From positions 620,001 to 684,000 of the forward strand of contig AP026151.1 in NCBI GenBank assembly GCA_030295235.1: a stretch of DNA of 64,000 bases, in the 5' to 3' direction. Below the pieces are notes generated by a model that was not told the origin of the DNA, searched no databases, and saw nothing but the letters and a program-made list of their open reading frames with translations. Origin of the DNA: Fistulifera solaris. Lineage: Eukaryota. The translations under genes and the position numbers were made by a program. This document shows positions 1 to 12,525 of the stretch, piece after piece; within the stretch, counting starts at the first letter, position 1, and each line of letters opens with the position of its first letter.

Positions 1-1376
1 TGTTTGCGTTTCGAATTCCGTGTGACCCAGATGACGAGTCGTTTTGCGACGAACATTTCCTTTCCTCTGAAACTGAAGCACTAGAGATAGCCAGCGCGTC
101 TTCGGTCTCTTGCCAACAAGAGGCTCGCTTGGATAGTGATTCCATCGACAAGGGCAAGCCTGGCATGTATGAATCGAATCCTATCGTGATTGCTGATCAG
201 CAGCCAACAAGCGTCTCTTTCAAGGTGAAGCAATCTTGGAGCACACCCGATGGAACTTTGGGTGCAATGAGCGTATACTACGAGAGTGCCGAAGATGAAT
301 CGATGGTTTGTGATGAAATCACAAACATCCATCAAGAAAGTTCACTGTATGCTGCAAAATGCGTGGATGGCATTGCGGAGATTGCTATCTTCGTTCGTGA
401 CGGTTCCTTTCAAGGGCTTATGGATGTGTCGACCACGATTCCACAAATGTGTTCGAAGGCTCGTGAATCTCCTTTTGGAAAACTCGCCGTATTCTTCTTT
501 ACTATTCCGTGTGATCCTTCCGACGAAAGCTTCTGTATCAGCACCGGAGTCGACAGCAGTGAACCTCTCAGCCGGCAAATGCGCGACGATAAAGAAGACC
601 ACATTGTCATTACATCCAATGAAATCATGTGTGGAACGATCCACGAGGAAACCTTTGAATCACCCGGTGATGCCTTGTCGTGGAAAAATGGAATCGAGTC
701 GAGAAGCTGCAACGTTTGGCAATTTTCTGGGGCGGCTCGGCAGCGGCAATTCCGACGTTCAAAAAGTGTTTCGAATGCCCGTCGAAGCCAGCTCTGCTAC
801 TATCCGATTCAAGCTATATGTGATCAACGGAGGATCCAACAAAGACACGCTGCAGTTCGGCATTCAGAATTCTTGGGTGAATCTCCGTTGACTTCCAACG
901 AAACAAGATATCATCAAGATGAAAGCATTACACTTCGGGGAACGCGCGTACGACAAAGTCAGCTTCAGCAGTACTTTTCATCATGATTCGACGTATGACA
1001 TTGAAATCGTCGTTCCCAGACGATGGTGGGTGAATCACAAGAAAATTCTGTCCTTTGGATTCCGGTGCTTACAACGAATGACATTCACGTGGACGGTTAC
1101 GGAATTGATGACTTTACCATTGAAGTGGATTGCGGAACCCAACGCCGAGCGAAAAGTCTTTCGCATGAACCAAGCAAAGAAAGTGACAATTTTTATTATT
1201 GTCAGTCAGCGGATTACCCGTGCGGCCAAGACATGGTGAATGTTTGTCACTATTCCTCGCGACAGGGATATCAAACATTTTGCATCCCGGAACAGGATTC
1301 GGAAGTCCTTCGGTTTTACCGCAATGATTACTGCGGACCGTGCGTGAACTACTTTCGCGGAGACCCTCTTCATTAA
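1..1376 (+). CDS. 3' part of a Cys-rich, probably extracellular repeat-domain protein (5' end outside window; several apparent frameshifts)
   Basis: Motif FxIPCDPxDESFC occurs twice (nt ~10-50 and ~500-540). ORFs 129-986, 286-891, 919-1239 and 1023-1376 overlap in successive frames and end in a Cys-rich tail (YCQSADYPC...YQTFCIPE...DYCGPCV). Confidence 0.6.
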
Positions 1377-1738
1377 CTGATATCATAAAAAATAAACGTA
1401 AAAGAATGCACTTCCTCATCAATCATGATTGCAATAATGGGCTTCATCGCGTTTGTCGACTTTTTGATTTTGACGCCGTCGTCGCAATGCGTCGTTGTTC
1501 ACAATAATGAGGTCTTGGTTTGCATATAAAGAAGTCAGTACCGGTCAGATTCGTAAATACACTCTTTAGCTCAAACCGTCCGTCAGTCGTTCGCAGTGAT
1601 GTTGGTGTCTCAAAAAAAAACTGACGTCGTTCGAGATTCAACCTGTCATCGCAACACGGAAGTTGTGGTGGGAGATTCACTCATTCCTTCGTCCCTTGGA
1701 TGAAAGGATAGATAGACTTTTCATTCCTTCTTATTATC

Positions 1739-3305
1739 ATGGAGCTTCCGGCTGCTTTAACCTCGGTCCTCGACCAAGGACTCGAGTCGATCTATGGTCT
1801 TCGAGAAGTGTTCGAGCCGACCGTCGTCCTCGGTAAGACATTTCATTTGAGGAAGGCTCATTCTTTCGGCAGTTCGTTCTCACTCTCTCTCTCTCTCTAC
1901 AGTCCCTTCGTTTGTCACAACACACGTGCAAAACCTCGCCGACAGTATCGGATTCGATGTCGAAACACTCAATTACACACTCGGACTCTTCCTTTGCTAT
2001 CCGTTGGGAATGATCATGAACTTGCTTCCGTACGGCACGATGCGGCACCTCTTTAGTTTCTTTTTCGGAGCCTTTTTGTTGCAGTTCACCATTGGTGTCC
2101 AATGGATTCATCAACTCATCAATTGTGTCATTGCGTATGTGATGTTCCTCACGCTGCCCCGGCGTCTGTCCTGCCAACTCGTCCCGACCTTTGTTTTGCT
2201 CTATCTGGTCTTTGGGCATTTGCACCGTCAGTATATCAACTACTTGGGATGGGATTTGGATTTCACGGGTGCCCAAATGATTTTGACGCAAAAACTCTAC
2301 ATGATGGCGTTCAATCTGTACGATGGAGAGCTCTTGGCCCAAAACAAACCATCCCGTGCGGCCCAAAAGTGCGCGCCCTTCGCCCTCCACGAAATGCCCT
2401 CTCTTTTGGAATTTCTTGGATACAGCTTTTGCTTTGCCAATATCTTGGCCGGACCGGCGTACGAATTCATCAGCTACAAACACGCGTGTGATGGAACACT
2501 GTTGTATGCGCCCGATGGAACACCGAAAGGAAAGATTCCCAGCAACGTATGGCCTTCACTGAAACCTTTTTTGATTAGTTTGTATTGCATGGGTGCGTTT
2601 GTCGTCATTGGTTCGAAATTTCCCCTCCAAGATCCGACGGATCCGCAAAAGAATTTGCCGGTCGTCGTGTCGGCCGAATTCTTGCAACAGCCGTGGTTTC
2701 AACGCATGATTTATTTGATGGTGGGACTCTTCTTTCATCGTCACAAGTACTACTTTGCCTGGAAGAATGCGGAAGGTGCGAATAATATCTGGTTTGTGGG
2801 ATTTGAAGGATTTGATGAAAAAGGTGAACCCAAGGGATGGGACATTTCCAACAATGTCGACATTATCGAATTTGAAACGGCGCCGAGTTTGAGTGTTCTG
2901 TCCCGGTCGTGGAACAAAAAGACGTCGCTGTGGCTCAATCGCTATGTGTACATTCGCACCAACGGAAGTCTTTTGGCCGTGTACAGTCTTTCCGCATTCT
3001 GGCATGGATTCTATCCCGGTTATTACCTCTTCTTCTTGTCCATCCCGTTGTTGACCGTGTGCGAACGCTTGGGACGCAAAAAAATTTCACCCCTCTTTTC
3101 TGCCAGTCGCTTCAGTTTGTACGGCATTCTCTGTACACTGGTCACGGCCGCGGCGGCCAGTTACATGGTCTCGGCCTTTGTCCTTTTGGCCTTGGATCGA
3201 TCGTGGGCCATCTGGAAGTCGTTCTACTTTGCCGGACACGTGCTTTGTGTCATCTTTTACTTGTTGGTCTCCAACCTTCCCACGCCGAAAACGAAAGAAA
3301 GCTAA
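1739..3305 (+). CDS. MBOAT-family lysophospholipid acyltransferase (LPCAT/LPLAT-like); 2 exons, intron 1833-1902
   Basis: ATG 1739; the GTAAG...CTACAG intron of 70 nt splices in frame into ORF 1926-3305. MBOAT motifs: GP(A)YEF, KYYFAW, WNKKTSLWLNRYVY, SAFWHGFYPGYY; multiple TM segments. Confidence 0.93.
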
Positions 3306-3550
3306 TTAGTTAATGAATTAATTATATATAACAGGCAGAAGCATTTCTAGTTCGTTCTGTCGATATGGAAACAATTTACAGTATTAGGTCTGGAAGATCC
3401 GGAATTTGTCCGAGTCCCGATGGGAAACCTGTTCCTTTGCTATTGAGACCGGTTTTTCAACGGTTATAATGAACTAAAAATAGAACATCTTCAGTACTTT
3501 TTGTCGGGTAATTCTTCAGGCAGGCTATCGCTCACTATTTTCGGCAGGCA

Positions 3551-3668
3551 TTGCGCGAAGTTCATCACATTGCGCGAAGTTTTCGCAATTGAGCGAAATG
3601 TTCGCGCAATGCGCGAAATTATTGCGCATTGTGCGAAGTTTGTCGCATTGAACGAAGTTTTCTACACA
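3551..3668. repeat. Array of ~6 quasi-palindromic 19-21 bp units (TTGCGCGAAnTTnTTCGCGCA-like) inside the MITE
   Basis: Units such as ttgcgcgaagttttcgcaa, ttgagcgaaatgttcgcgca and atgcgcgaaattattgcgca read directly. Confidence 0.85.
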
Positions 3669-4105
3669 ATCAAATTGAACTGGTACTGCTTTAGTACAAA
3701 CTGACACAAAAGCACTATAGTGCGAAATCCACTTGCAAAACGAGCGACCTTTCAACGAAAACAAAACGACCACCATGGACAAAACATCGTTAATTTCCTT
3801 TCCTTTACGTGCAAGTGGAACAACCAGAAGCTTAAACGGAATAACATATAAGAAATGAACAGAAGTATGGAAGTTGAAGCACTGAAACGCCACAATAACT
3901 AAGCTTTCCGCCAATTTTTGCCCCGTAACGTCGCGAGTTCGAGCTTCGGCTTTTACTTTGCGATATAATGAAATACGATAGAATAAGATAACAACTTAGT
4001 CGTTTTATATTCATTTCGCTTATTTTGACTGTGTTGTTGTTAGCAATAGACGTACGAGCTTCTTTGCGGCTTTTTTCATGCTTTGCACCATGGTGAAAGT
4101 TGGCG

Positions 4106-4246
4106 TTGCGCGAAGTTCTTCACATTGAGCGAAATGTTCGCGCATCGCGCGAAGTTTTTGCGCGTTGTGCGAAGTTCGTTTGATTGGGCGAACTACGTCA
4201 CAATGAGCGAACTTTGTCATGCATTGCGCGAAGTTTTAGCGCGCAA
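4106..4246. repeat. Second array of ~7 units of the same motif inside the MITE
   Basis: ttgcgcgaagttcttcaca, ttgagcgaaatgttcgcgca, tcgcgcgaagtttttgcgcg and similar; same orientation as the first array. Confidence 0.85.
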
Positions 4247-4640
4247 TCCCGCATCACTACTGTACTGTATGGAAAGGAGCCGCGTGGTCTGGCTGGCGCG
4301 TCCGGCATGCGCGAAAATTAGCGAGTGTGACGAATCGTGGATGTTTTTAGTCACGATTCCGGATCTTCCTGTTGACCGAATTTCTGGATGGGTATAAAGT
4401 ATAGACCCAAAGACAGGTACAGTCAAAACGTATACATACGAATGACGTCGAATTCGTGACAGATTTCACGTTGGAAGAACACGCACAACACCACCCATTT
4501 TTTCCAGTTGATGTTTATTTTGGAAGAAAGACATCAACGCAAGCAATTCCGCAACGTTTCAAGTACCAGGTATCGGCAAAGCCGCACCAAACCATCCATG
4601 TTCTACCTTTTGTTTGCTTAGTTTAGCACAAAGGATCATT

Positions 4641-7116
4641 ATGGCGTGGAAATACACGTACCTATGGAGCGTGATCGCTCCACTACTATTCCTACCGCCG
4701 ACGGCATCTTTTACAACAACCAGTGTTTCGGTTCGAACACCGAAGTGGGCTCTATCCAGCACTCCTCTCGACAATAACAACAACCGAAAGAAGAAGAAAA
4801 CGAAATCCATTACGATCAAAGAATGGAGTCAAAAATAAAGAACAGTCCGACGGTAGAAACTACGACGAAAAAATACCGTCGCTCACGGAAACGCGTCGAA
4901 CATCCGAAACAGACGTACTTGTACAAGAGTCAACGGGAGCGATTGGAACGAGCGGGGGAAGAAGAAAAGCGGGAGACGACATCATTACCCGATGTTTTGG
5001 CACAAGCCAAGGAGTTTGGAATGGTGCCTTCCGCGCAACATTGTGATCCGGACGGTACGGAACCAAAAATTGTCGGACGAATCCAGGTCAGTGAGGAAGA
5101 CGGTAGCAGTGGATCTTATGCGTATTTGATTGAAAAACCAGCGGGTTGGGCTATTTTGGGAGGTGGTGGATCGTCCAATAAAACGACAGAGAGCTATCGC
5201 AAGACGAAAAGCAAAAAGCATCGAGTTATCATTCAAGAGAAAGATGGAACAAAAGATGTCTTGGAGTATGATGAAAACGATATTCTGGCATGGATGACCC
5301 CTGAGGAGATCGAGGAGTATAACGCTTCGGAGGAAGCCGAAGAAGAAACGAAACGGAGATCGATCACCATTGTGGATGAAGACGACGACTCTGTCGACAC
5401 AGTTTTGGACGACGACAGCGACGTCGTAGAAGTAATGGTAGATGATCGCGAAGAAGAAGAGGATCTTGTCGACAATTTTGAGTCCGAGCCCTCATCATTC
5501 GAAACAGATGGGACGCTAGACTTGAACGAAGAAGATATGGACCCGAAAACTCTGGAAAATCTTCGCCGTATCGCCGCTCGCCGTCAAACGCAATCGCGAA
5601 CTGCGTCGTTTGCTCCTTATTCTCGTCCATCTGTTGTTTCATGGCTCAAAGATGTCAAGGCCCAGGAGGGGATGCCCGTTCGTGGTGGGAACTTTTGGAC
5701 GGCTTTGGCGGGGGCCGCGGATGTCGACGACTCTGGTTTGGTTTTATTATGCCCAAAAGCAAATGCTGCGAACGTGTTTGTTGAGCTGACAGAGTATGTA
5801 GCTGTACTTGGAACAGGCGGGTATGTTGCTCCAAAGTCTAAGCTGAAAGCTTCCAAAGGACTGGAAGAATCGATCGTCGTTGATGAGTTGTCTAGGATGC
5901 GGAAGGGACGTCTCGAAGATACGGTCCATACGGTGAAAGTGACTGTTCCGGATAACGGATCTACATGTGGCCACATTATCGATACTCTTCAGTCGAAGTA
6001 CAAGGATGGCATAAGAGGCGATCCGTCCGCAAATCCCCTTGACCGTCGAGCCCGGCGGCGTCTCATGCATTGTGGCGCAATGACTGTATCTAGTCTGATA
6101 TGTGATGACACAGTCACGTACACTGTGCCTTCATTCCCTGACGATATCGCAATCTTAGTAGAACGAAGTACTGATATGTTCAAATCAGGTCGTTTCCGAG
6201 GGAGATCTGGTTTGATGGATAATCCTTGACAACGTGCTATCGGGAAGTCAATGGGATTGCCGACGGTATTCCTGGCTGGACTGTCGATCGGTACGACAAG
6301 TGGCTTTTTGTACAACATGACCCGCAATATCCAAGAGGCCCTCTTCCGTCCATCCATGACGGGAAAACCGCCGGGGTTTATTGCTTGGAGGCTCGACAAG
6401 ATCGAAGTGCGATGGGGTCGCAGGAGGGAATTAAGCCAAGGCTGCTCGAGGGACAACCGCTGAAGGGCAATCTGACTGTTCTTGAGAATGGCATCAAGTA
6501 TGTCGTAAGCCTTGACAAGGATTTTTCTACTGGTATTTTCCTTGACCAGCGTCCGCAGCGAGCCTGGTTGTCCCAGAACTGTGACGAAAACACACACGTT
6601 CTAAACTGCTTCGCCCACACGGGTGCATTTTCTGTCGCCGCTGCTTCTGCTGGCGCTTCCACTGTGAGCCTTGATCTTTCTCAAAAATGGCTAGGTCGAC
6701 TTCCTGAACATTTCAAGGCTAACAACATACCATTTGATGAACGACACGATTGCATTTACGGAGACTGCTTTGATTGGCTTGAGCGCTTGGCTAAGCGAGG
6801 AGAAAAGTATGATATAGTTATCCTCGATCCTCCAAGCTCAAGTGTCGGGGGTCGCAAAAAGAAACGATGGAGTATCAAGAGCGATCTGGACGAGCTTGTG
6901 GCACTCGCAGCAAGGCTTGTAAAAGATGGAGGTTTACTTTGGACCACGACAAATAGTGCGACTTTGACTTCCGTAAAAATGGCGAAGATGTGCATAAAAG
7001 GTTTCGAAGAAGCCGGAATCGAATCAGCACGGCTCGAACGGATACAGCCGATGCCTTACGATTTCCCATCAACAGGGAGTCAACCTGTAAAAAACTTGGT
7101 TTGGCGGATACGGTGA
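4641..7116 (+). CDS. Putative plastid-targeted fusion: degenerate RluA-like pseudouridine synthase + RlmI-type SAM-dependent RNA methyltransferase (2 apparent frameshifts, ~4820 and ~6200)
   Basis: Signal peptide ending TAS-F. PUS-like motifs IEKPAGW, DVDDSGLVLL, YVAVLG, IRGDP, RRLMHC. RlmI motifs DGIPGWTVDRY, TGIFLDQR, VLNCFAHTGAFS, DIVILDPPS. Confidence 0.8.
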
Positions 7117-7203
7117 AACCTACTTGTAACAACCCATTAATAAAGGTTACGTTGTCGATGTTCCGTTTCGATATCGGTAAATGCGCGTGATTAACAGTCG
7201 AAC

Positions 7204-9176
7204 TTATAGAAACGAGAAGGAGAATGACGGGCAGGGCCCCGCTTCTTTCGCTTGTTCGATGACACTTTTCTTAGGCGCCTCGGCATCCTTCCAAGCTCTA
7301 CATGTCCATGTTGGTACTTTTAGAGCCTCGCTGAGAAGTTCGGGGACCTGTTGCTTCAAAGCCTTTTTGAATTCCTCCGATAAATGCTCTGGCTTTATAC
7401 TTTCTTCTCTATCACGACATCCACTGATTTGGTCAACTTTTGTTTCCAAAAATTTGAGTGTGTTCGAAAGGTTGCTATCACTGACATAATTGTGCGTGAT
7501 AGCAATGTTCATTTTATCGAGATTCACCACCAGATGCCACCAGCCATGTGGCACAAAGATAACATCGCCCGGCATCGCAGTGCATTCCAATGGCCGTTCG
7601 TGCAATGGCGCCGATTGTTTGCGCTGCATGTGCTCGTCCCAGAATTGGAAAATCCATTCACCCACCGATAAAGGCAATGTCACTTCATCGCCGTCCGCAC
7701 TGGGATGAACGCCCGGCGGCGTTACCCCGGGCGGATAGAATATCCATCGTTTTCTACCGCAAATCGCCGCATTCCACGCATGAGTACAATTGGGATCAAT
7801 GTGAAACACCGAGCCACTCCTCTTGGGACCAGCGATTAGCCATGTATGATCCGGTCGTCGTCCTTCCCCTAATACTTGGAATAGATCGTGTCCATTCGAT
7901 TTCATGAGTTCAGGATCCCAGTACGGACACGAGCTTTTCAAATCCTCCATATAATCATTCCACAAGTGCGATCCCGGCTCCAAAGCGGTTCGATCGAAAA
8001 GATACAACGGCGCTTCTTCCAATATGGTCGACTCACAGTATTTAAGATAAGCGTCGAGAGAAAAGTTACCGGGAAGGGGAGCTACCCCACTGGTGGTTCG
8101 AAAGGTACGACCGGCCGCATGCTGCAGTAGATACTCGGGCCGATTCCATCGTTCAAACGCCTTCCAATCTTTTGCGGCCCCTTCAATGAGAACGGGAATA
8201 TTGGGTTTTTCATAACGCGACTTGAATTGTGATACGGTGAGATCGTTCACGGAAACTCGTTCCAACGTATCTGTCGGGGATCGATCCAACCAGACTAGAG
8301 GTACACGTGAGAGATTGTTACTCGTGTGTGACCAATTACCATTGTTATCTTACGTACCTTTAGGAATAGAGAAAGATCGACACGAATGCAATCGATACAG
8401 AGTATCCGAATAGATTCCCGGAATGCTCATGGGTCGGTGGGGAGGAATCGTCTCCGAATAGAAGAGTTTGACGTAGGTATCTTTCCACGTGGGACCGACG
8501 TTTCGAATGGCTCTCTTTTCACATTGTCGCAACACCAAATCTCTCCACAGTTCGGGTGAATGACCGGCTAGGTCTCGGTGAGATTCGAAAAGAAAGCAAC
8601 CTCAGATACGGTTTGTTTGACACGTACCCACGTAAAAATATCGACACGAACGGACCAACTGCTCGTCACCGAATTACGAGATGAAGACGTCAGAAGCCCC
8701 GCAAATGTACATGCTACACACCTTCAGTTACTTACACACCCCAGATCACGTCCATTGCAATATCCCAAAATATGAAGCCACGCATCATCATCGGGAAGCA
8801 GATCGGAAGGACGGATGGCGGAACGGGCTTGTTCCGCAAAGAAGACATTCTCCACCGGGCAGGGCGCCGTACGCTGTGAATACACTAGTCAGTGGAAGCC
8901 TAGTTGTGGATATTTCTTGGTACAAACTACTTACGATGAAGGTGTTCGAGCTCGGCAAAATCGGAAGCGGTGACATCCAATCGCATCCGTTTCGATGGGC
9001 TCGTCCGTCTTTCACAAGGTGCTTCCGTCATTTCACTCTTTGATTTCCCCATGTCTCTTATTGTCGTCGCCCTTCTCTGATTTCGATGATGGTTGGTTGC
9101 TTCTTGTTGGGTGATTCTGTTGAATGGTTTTTGAAAGTCGTCGTCGTTTTTGTTCTTCGTGTTTTTTGCGGCCCAT
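7204..9176 (-). CDS. F-box + JmjC domain protein (JMJD6-like 2OG/Fe oxygenase); multi-exon, exon boundaries approximate
   Basis: Last exon has PLYLFD, GPKRSGSVFHIDPNCTHAWN, GRKRWIFYPP, GDVIFVPHGWWHLVVN. Upstream exons include YGALPGG and an F-box-like ELWRDLVLR segment. Candidate ATG at 9176. Confidence 0.85.
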
Positions 9177-9297
9177 TTTAGTCAGCGTACGAAAACAGAC
9201 GGCTGATTATACGCCCTCTATCTAAAAACCAAGTTTTTGTCTTACCATCACGGATGCGTCGACGCATTTTACGAAAAAACTCTTGAAAATTTTCATG

Positions 9298-9375
9298 GAA
9301 ACGACGTTAAAATTCTGCCTCGCCGTAGGCTTTACGTAGAAACTTGTACTGAGAGGCAGAATTTTAACGTCCTTC
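9298..9375. mobile_element. 78-bp hairpin/mini-MITE, copy 1
   Basis: 19-bp perfect IR GACGTTAAAATTCTGCCTC (9303-9321 / 9353-9371), flanked by CATG on both sides; near-identical copy at 45701-45778. Confidence 0.75.
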
Positions 9376-9566
9376 CATGGCTCAATCAAAATCGACTTCA
9401 TGGACCTTTCGGAACTCTTGGATCGTTTTCTCAGGATGTAGCCATTTACAATGCAACCTTCTAAATTCAGCAGCGAATCAATGTTGAGAGCGGATAGCTG
9501 CTTCGCACGTTGCGAAGCTCACTTGATTCTTTATCCGAGCATCACAATAAAAAACAGCGATTGGCC

Positions 9567-12435
9567 ATGATCGGATTTAATTGGTGGTTTCGTTTTGGAT
9601 CCTCCGGCGGTGCATCGACAACGCTTGACACGTTTCTTGCGACGTCTCCGTCGTACTGTCTGGGGCCGAGACGATGCAGCTGTTCCGTTTGTGGTCTTGT
9701 GTTATCCACGCACGGGCAGCAACTGGTTGTGTGGGATGCTGTATCAACATCCCGAAATTCTCATGCACAATGAAGTCTTCAATGAAAATTGTGTACATGC
9801 GTATTACAAAGAAGACGTTCAACGTAACCATTGGGACTACGAGAATCGCGATGTCGATCCCGAAGGTTTGTGGATTTTATCTTCGACAGTCGACACTTCT
9901 CCAAAGAGCCGATCAAAGCCATCGGATACAAGAGCTTTCCGAACCATTATCAACAGAGATCAATTCCTCTCGCTACCTTGGACGAAGTTTATAAACGACG
10001 CATTTTGGAAGATTCTGATGTTTTGAAAATCATTCTCCGTCGTGAAAATGTCCTCCGGACGTACGTGAGTTTGTGTCGATCGTCTCAAACCGCATCGTAT
10101 CAAGACTGTCAAATTCATATTGATATAAGCGAGATGCAGCGTTTCGTGGATCGCTATTTGGCTGCTTATGAGACTTATTGGAAACAAACACGCTGGCATC
10201 CGCGGTGTATCGTGCATTACGAAGACCTCATCCGCGACGACGCGTCGCTGAAAACGGCCATGGCCAAAATTTGGAAGCTGTTGGGCGTTCACGATAGGGA
10301 GGAACCGAAAGCATTGGCCGAGTGTCAACCGCAGAGTCCCATTGAAGCGCCCTTGTGGGATGCCATCCGGAATTACGACGAAGTAGAATTTGCCTGCCGT
10401 CACGATCCGAAATTACGGCAGTGTTTCGCGTCCGATTGTGCTTCAAATACAGAAAAAAGTCCCACAGTTGACTACATTTCTCCCGACATTAACCAGAGCC
10501 TGGAAGTCGCGTCCGAGACCTATAAATGGGCCCTCCTCATCCCTGTACGTTCGGGACGCAATGAATCCATTCACGAATGTGCGGATCGTTTGAAGCGAAT
10601 GTACATGTCGATCCTGACCACATCGAGGCCTGCACCGAATGCTCCTCTTTTGTTGTTCGGAGTGGATGATGACGATGACGCATTGTGTAATGGGCAACTT
10701 ATTCGGTCAATTTGCAAAGACTTACCTGTACAAGTTGAGGTGTTCAGCGGACTTCAAGGGAAAATTTGTAAAATCTGGGGATTGTTGGCGGCGCTGGCCT
10801 ACGAAAAGCACGGCGCACATTTCACTTGCCTCCTCGGCGATGATGTGGTGATACAAACAAGCCACTGGCAAGAAAAGATTGAAAGCGAATTTAAGGCCAT
10901 TGCACGCGACGAAAGTCTTCCGTTGGGTGCGGCGTGCGTTGCATTCGTTGACGAATCGTTCCGAGGATTCCCGTCATTTCCAGTCATACATACGTGGCAT
11001 TTTGAGACATTTAAATCAGTTCTTCCTCCCAGCTTTACCAATCAAGGCGGCGACCCATTCCTCTTCGAGCTCTACAAGCGCCTTGGGGCGGCACGATTCG
11101 CGCTGGACTGTTCCTTGGTAAATACTATAGGAGGAAAACATACAGCGCGATATACTAAGCAAAGCCTTCGCTTTGAAGGGGATATGCTGTCTTCAGCTAT
11201 TTCTACGCTTCTCAAAGCCATCGAAAAGCCAGTAAAGAGTGGGACTAAAATCCAACGATCCCTTTCAGTGAAGCCTCGCATGTGTCTTGATGTTGTGGTG
11301 CCAACGTACCGATGTGATATTCAGAAATTAAAGACCATCACGTCGTTACGGGCCTCGTGGCCAGCGCAAGTGAGTTTTTGGCTAGTTCTCGACAATCCCA
11401 CCCACCACAATGCACCAATAGTACGAGACATGCAGACCGTCGCCCAAAACTACCAAGTGAATGTTCTGGAACAGTTTACCGCCACCGGGATACCACGGAA
11501 CGTCGGAGCTTCAGCAGCAAGAAATTTCGGAATGGCATTGAGTATGGCAGACAATGTGGTACTCCTGGACGATGATGTCGAACCCGACGATAATTTGCTG
11601 GACGCCTATCTTGGCGCGATCATGCGTTGGCCAGATGCTAGTGTGTATGTTGGGTCGACCAAGATGCCCTACCCAACGAACTGGTTGACCCACGCTCTCG
11701 TCGCCGGTGACATGGCAGGCACCTACACGGTTGCCGAACGTATGCGCAATCCTCCATGGGGCGTTACCGCGAATCTCTGTGTCAAAGCCCGGACTAGTCG
11801 CATTCGATTCGATCTGAGTTATCCGAAGACTGGTGGAGGCGAGGATCTCGATTACTGTGCAAGAGCCGCTAGACATGGTCCGATACAAGCAGTATCTGGA
11901 GCAAAAGCATTTCATCCATGGTGGCATGATGGCGAAATCACTGCAATTCGGCATATTCTTGCTTGGGCGAAAGGTGAAATGCAGTGCGTTACCAAACCAT
12001 GGTTTCGCCAGCACACCTTCTTTTCAATGCCAAACGGCGCAGAGATACTCTTTATGGTCGTTTCATTCGGAATCCCTTTGACATTACTGTCTTGTCGCTT
12101 CAGGATGGCTCTCAGGTTGCTATTATCCTGTTTTGCTATTCTTTGTTTCGAACTATTTTGGCACGCGTCTCGAATAGGCGATCATCGAATTCGAAGCCCC
12201 ATGAAAGAATCGTTGGTGCGCTCTACGATGGTGCGACTCTTAGCTGCGTCAATCATGATGCTTCAAGAAGGGACACGATTTTGGCACGTTCTCCACTCCC
12301 CCTTCTTGTATTCTTTGGCGGATCGACTGGCACTTTGGACAAAGTCCCGATTGGGTAGTCTACAGTAAGCGAAACAACTTCTTGCGAAGTCTTTTTTACA
12401 TTGTATTGATCTATAAGATCGGAATGGCCAGTTAA
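9567..12435 (+). CDS. Sulfotransferase (Stf0-like) fused to two GT-A/GT2-like glycosyltransferase domains and C-terminal TM helices (apparent frameshifts; start uncertain)
   Basis: PAPS-loop VVLCYPRTGSNWL, then IILRRENVLRTYVS and VHYEDL. GT-like LLIPVRS...LLGDDV and LDVVVPTYR...GASAARN...LLDDDVEP...GGGEDLD. An alternative-frame tail WRIDWHFG ends at TAA 12433-12435. Confidence 0.8.
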
Positions 12436-12525
12436 AAACCACGATTGGCAACAGCTGGGTTTTACACCTTATTTTCTCTCTATTATGTACGAATAAGTCA
12501 GAAAAAATCTCAATCTGAGTATCCA

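Larger units (their letters stand above)
3393..4368. mobile_element. MITE, PIF/Harbinger-like (TIR GAAGATCCGGAAT, 3-bp TSD CTG)
   Basis: 13-bp perfect inverted termini at 3393-3405 and 4356-4368; CTG at 3390-3392 and 4369-4371; no convincing ORF. Same TIR and TSD as the element at 36896-37808. Confidence 0.85.

Noticed and set aside
1737..2483. Long antisense ORFs (this one and similar ones opposite other genes)
   Set aside because: Shadow frames of real genes with no recognisable motifs.
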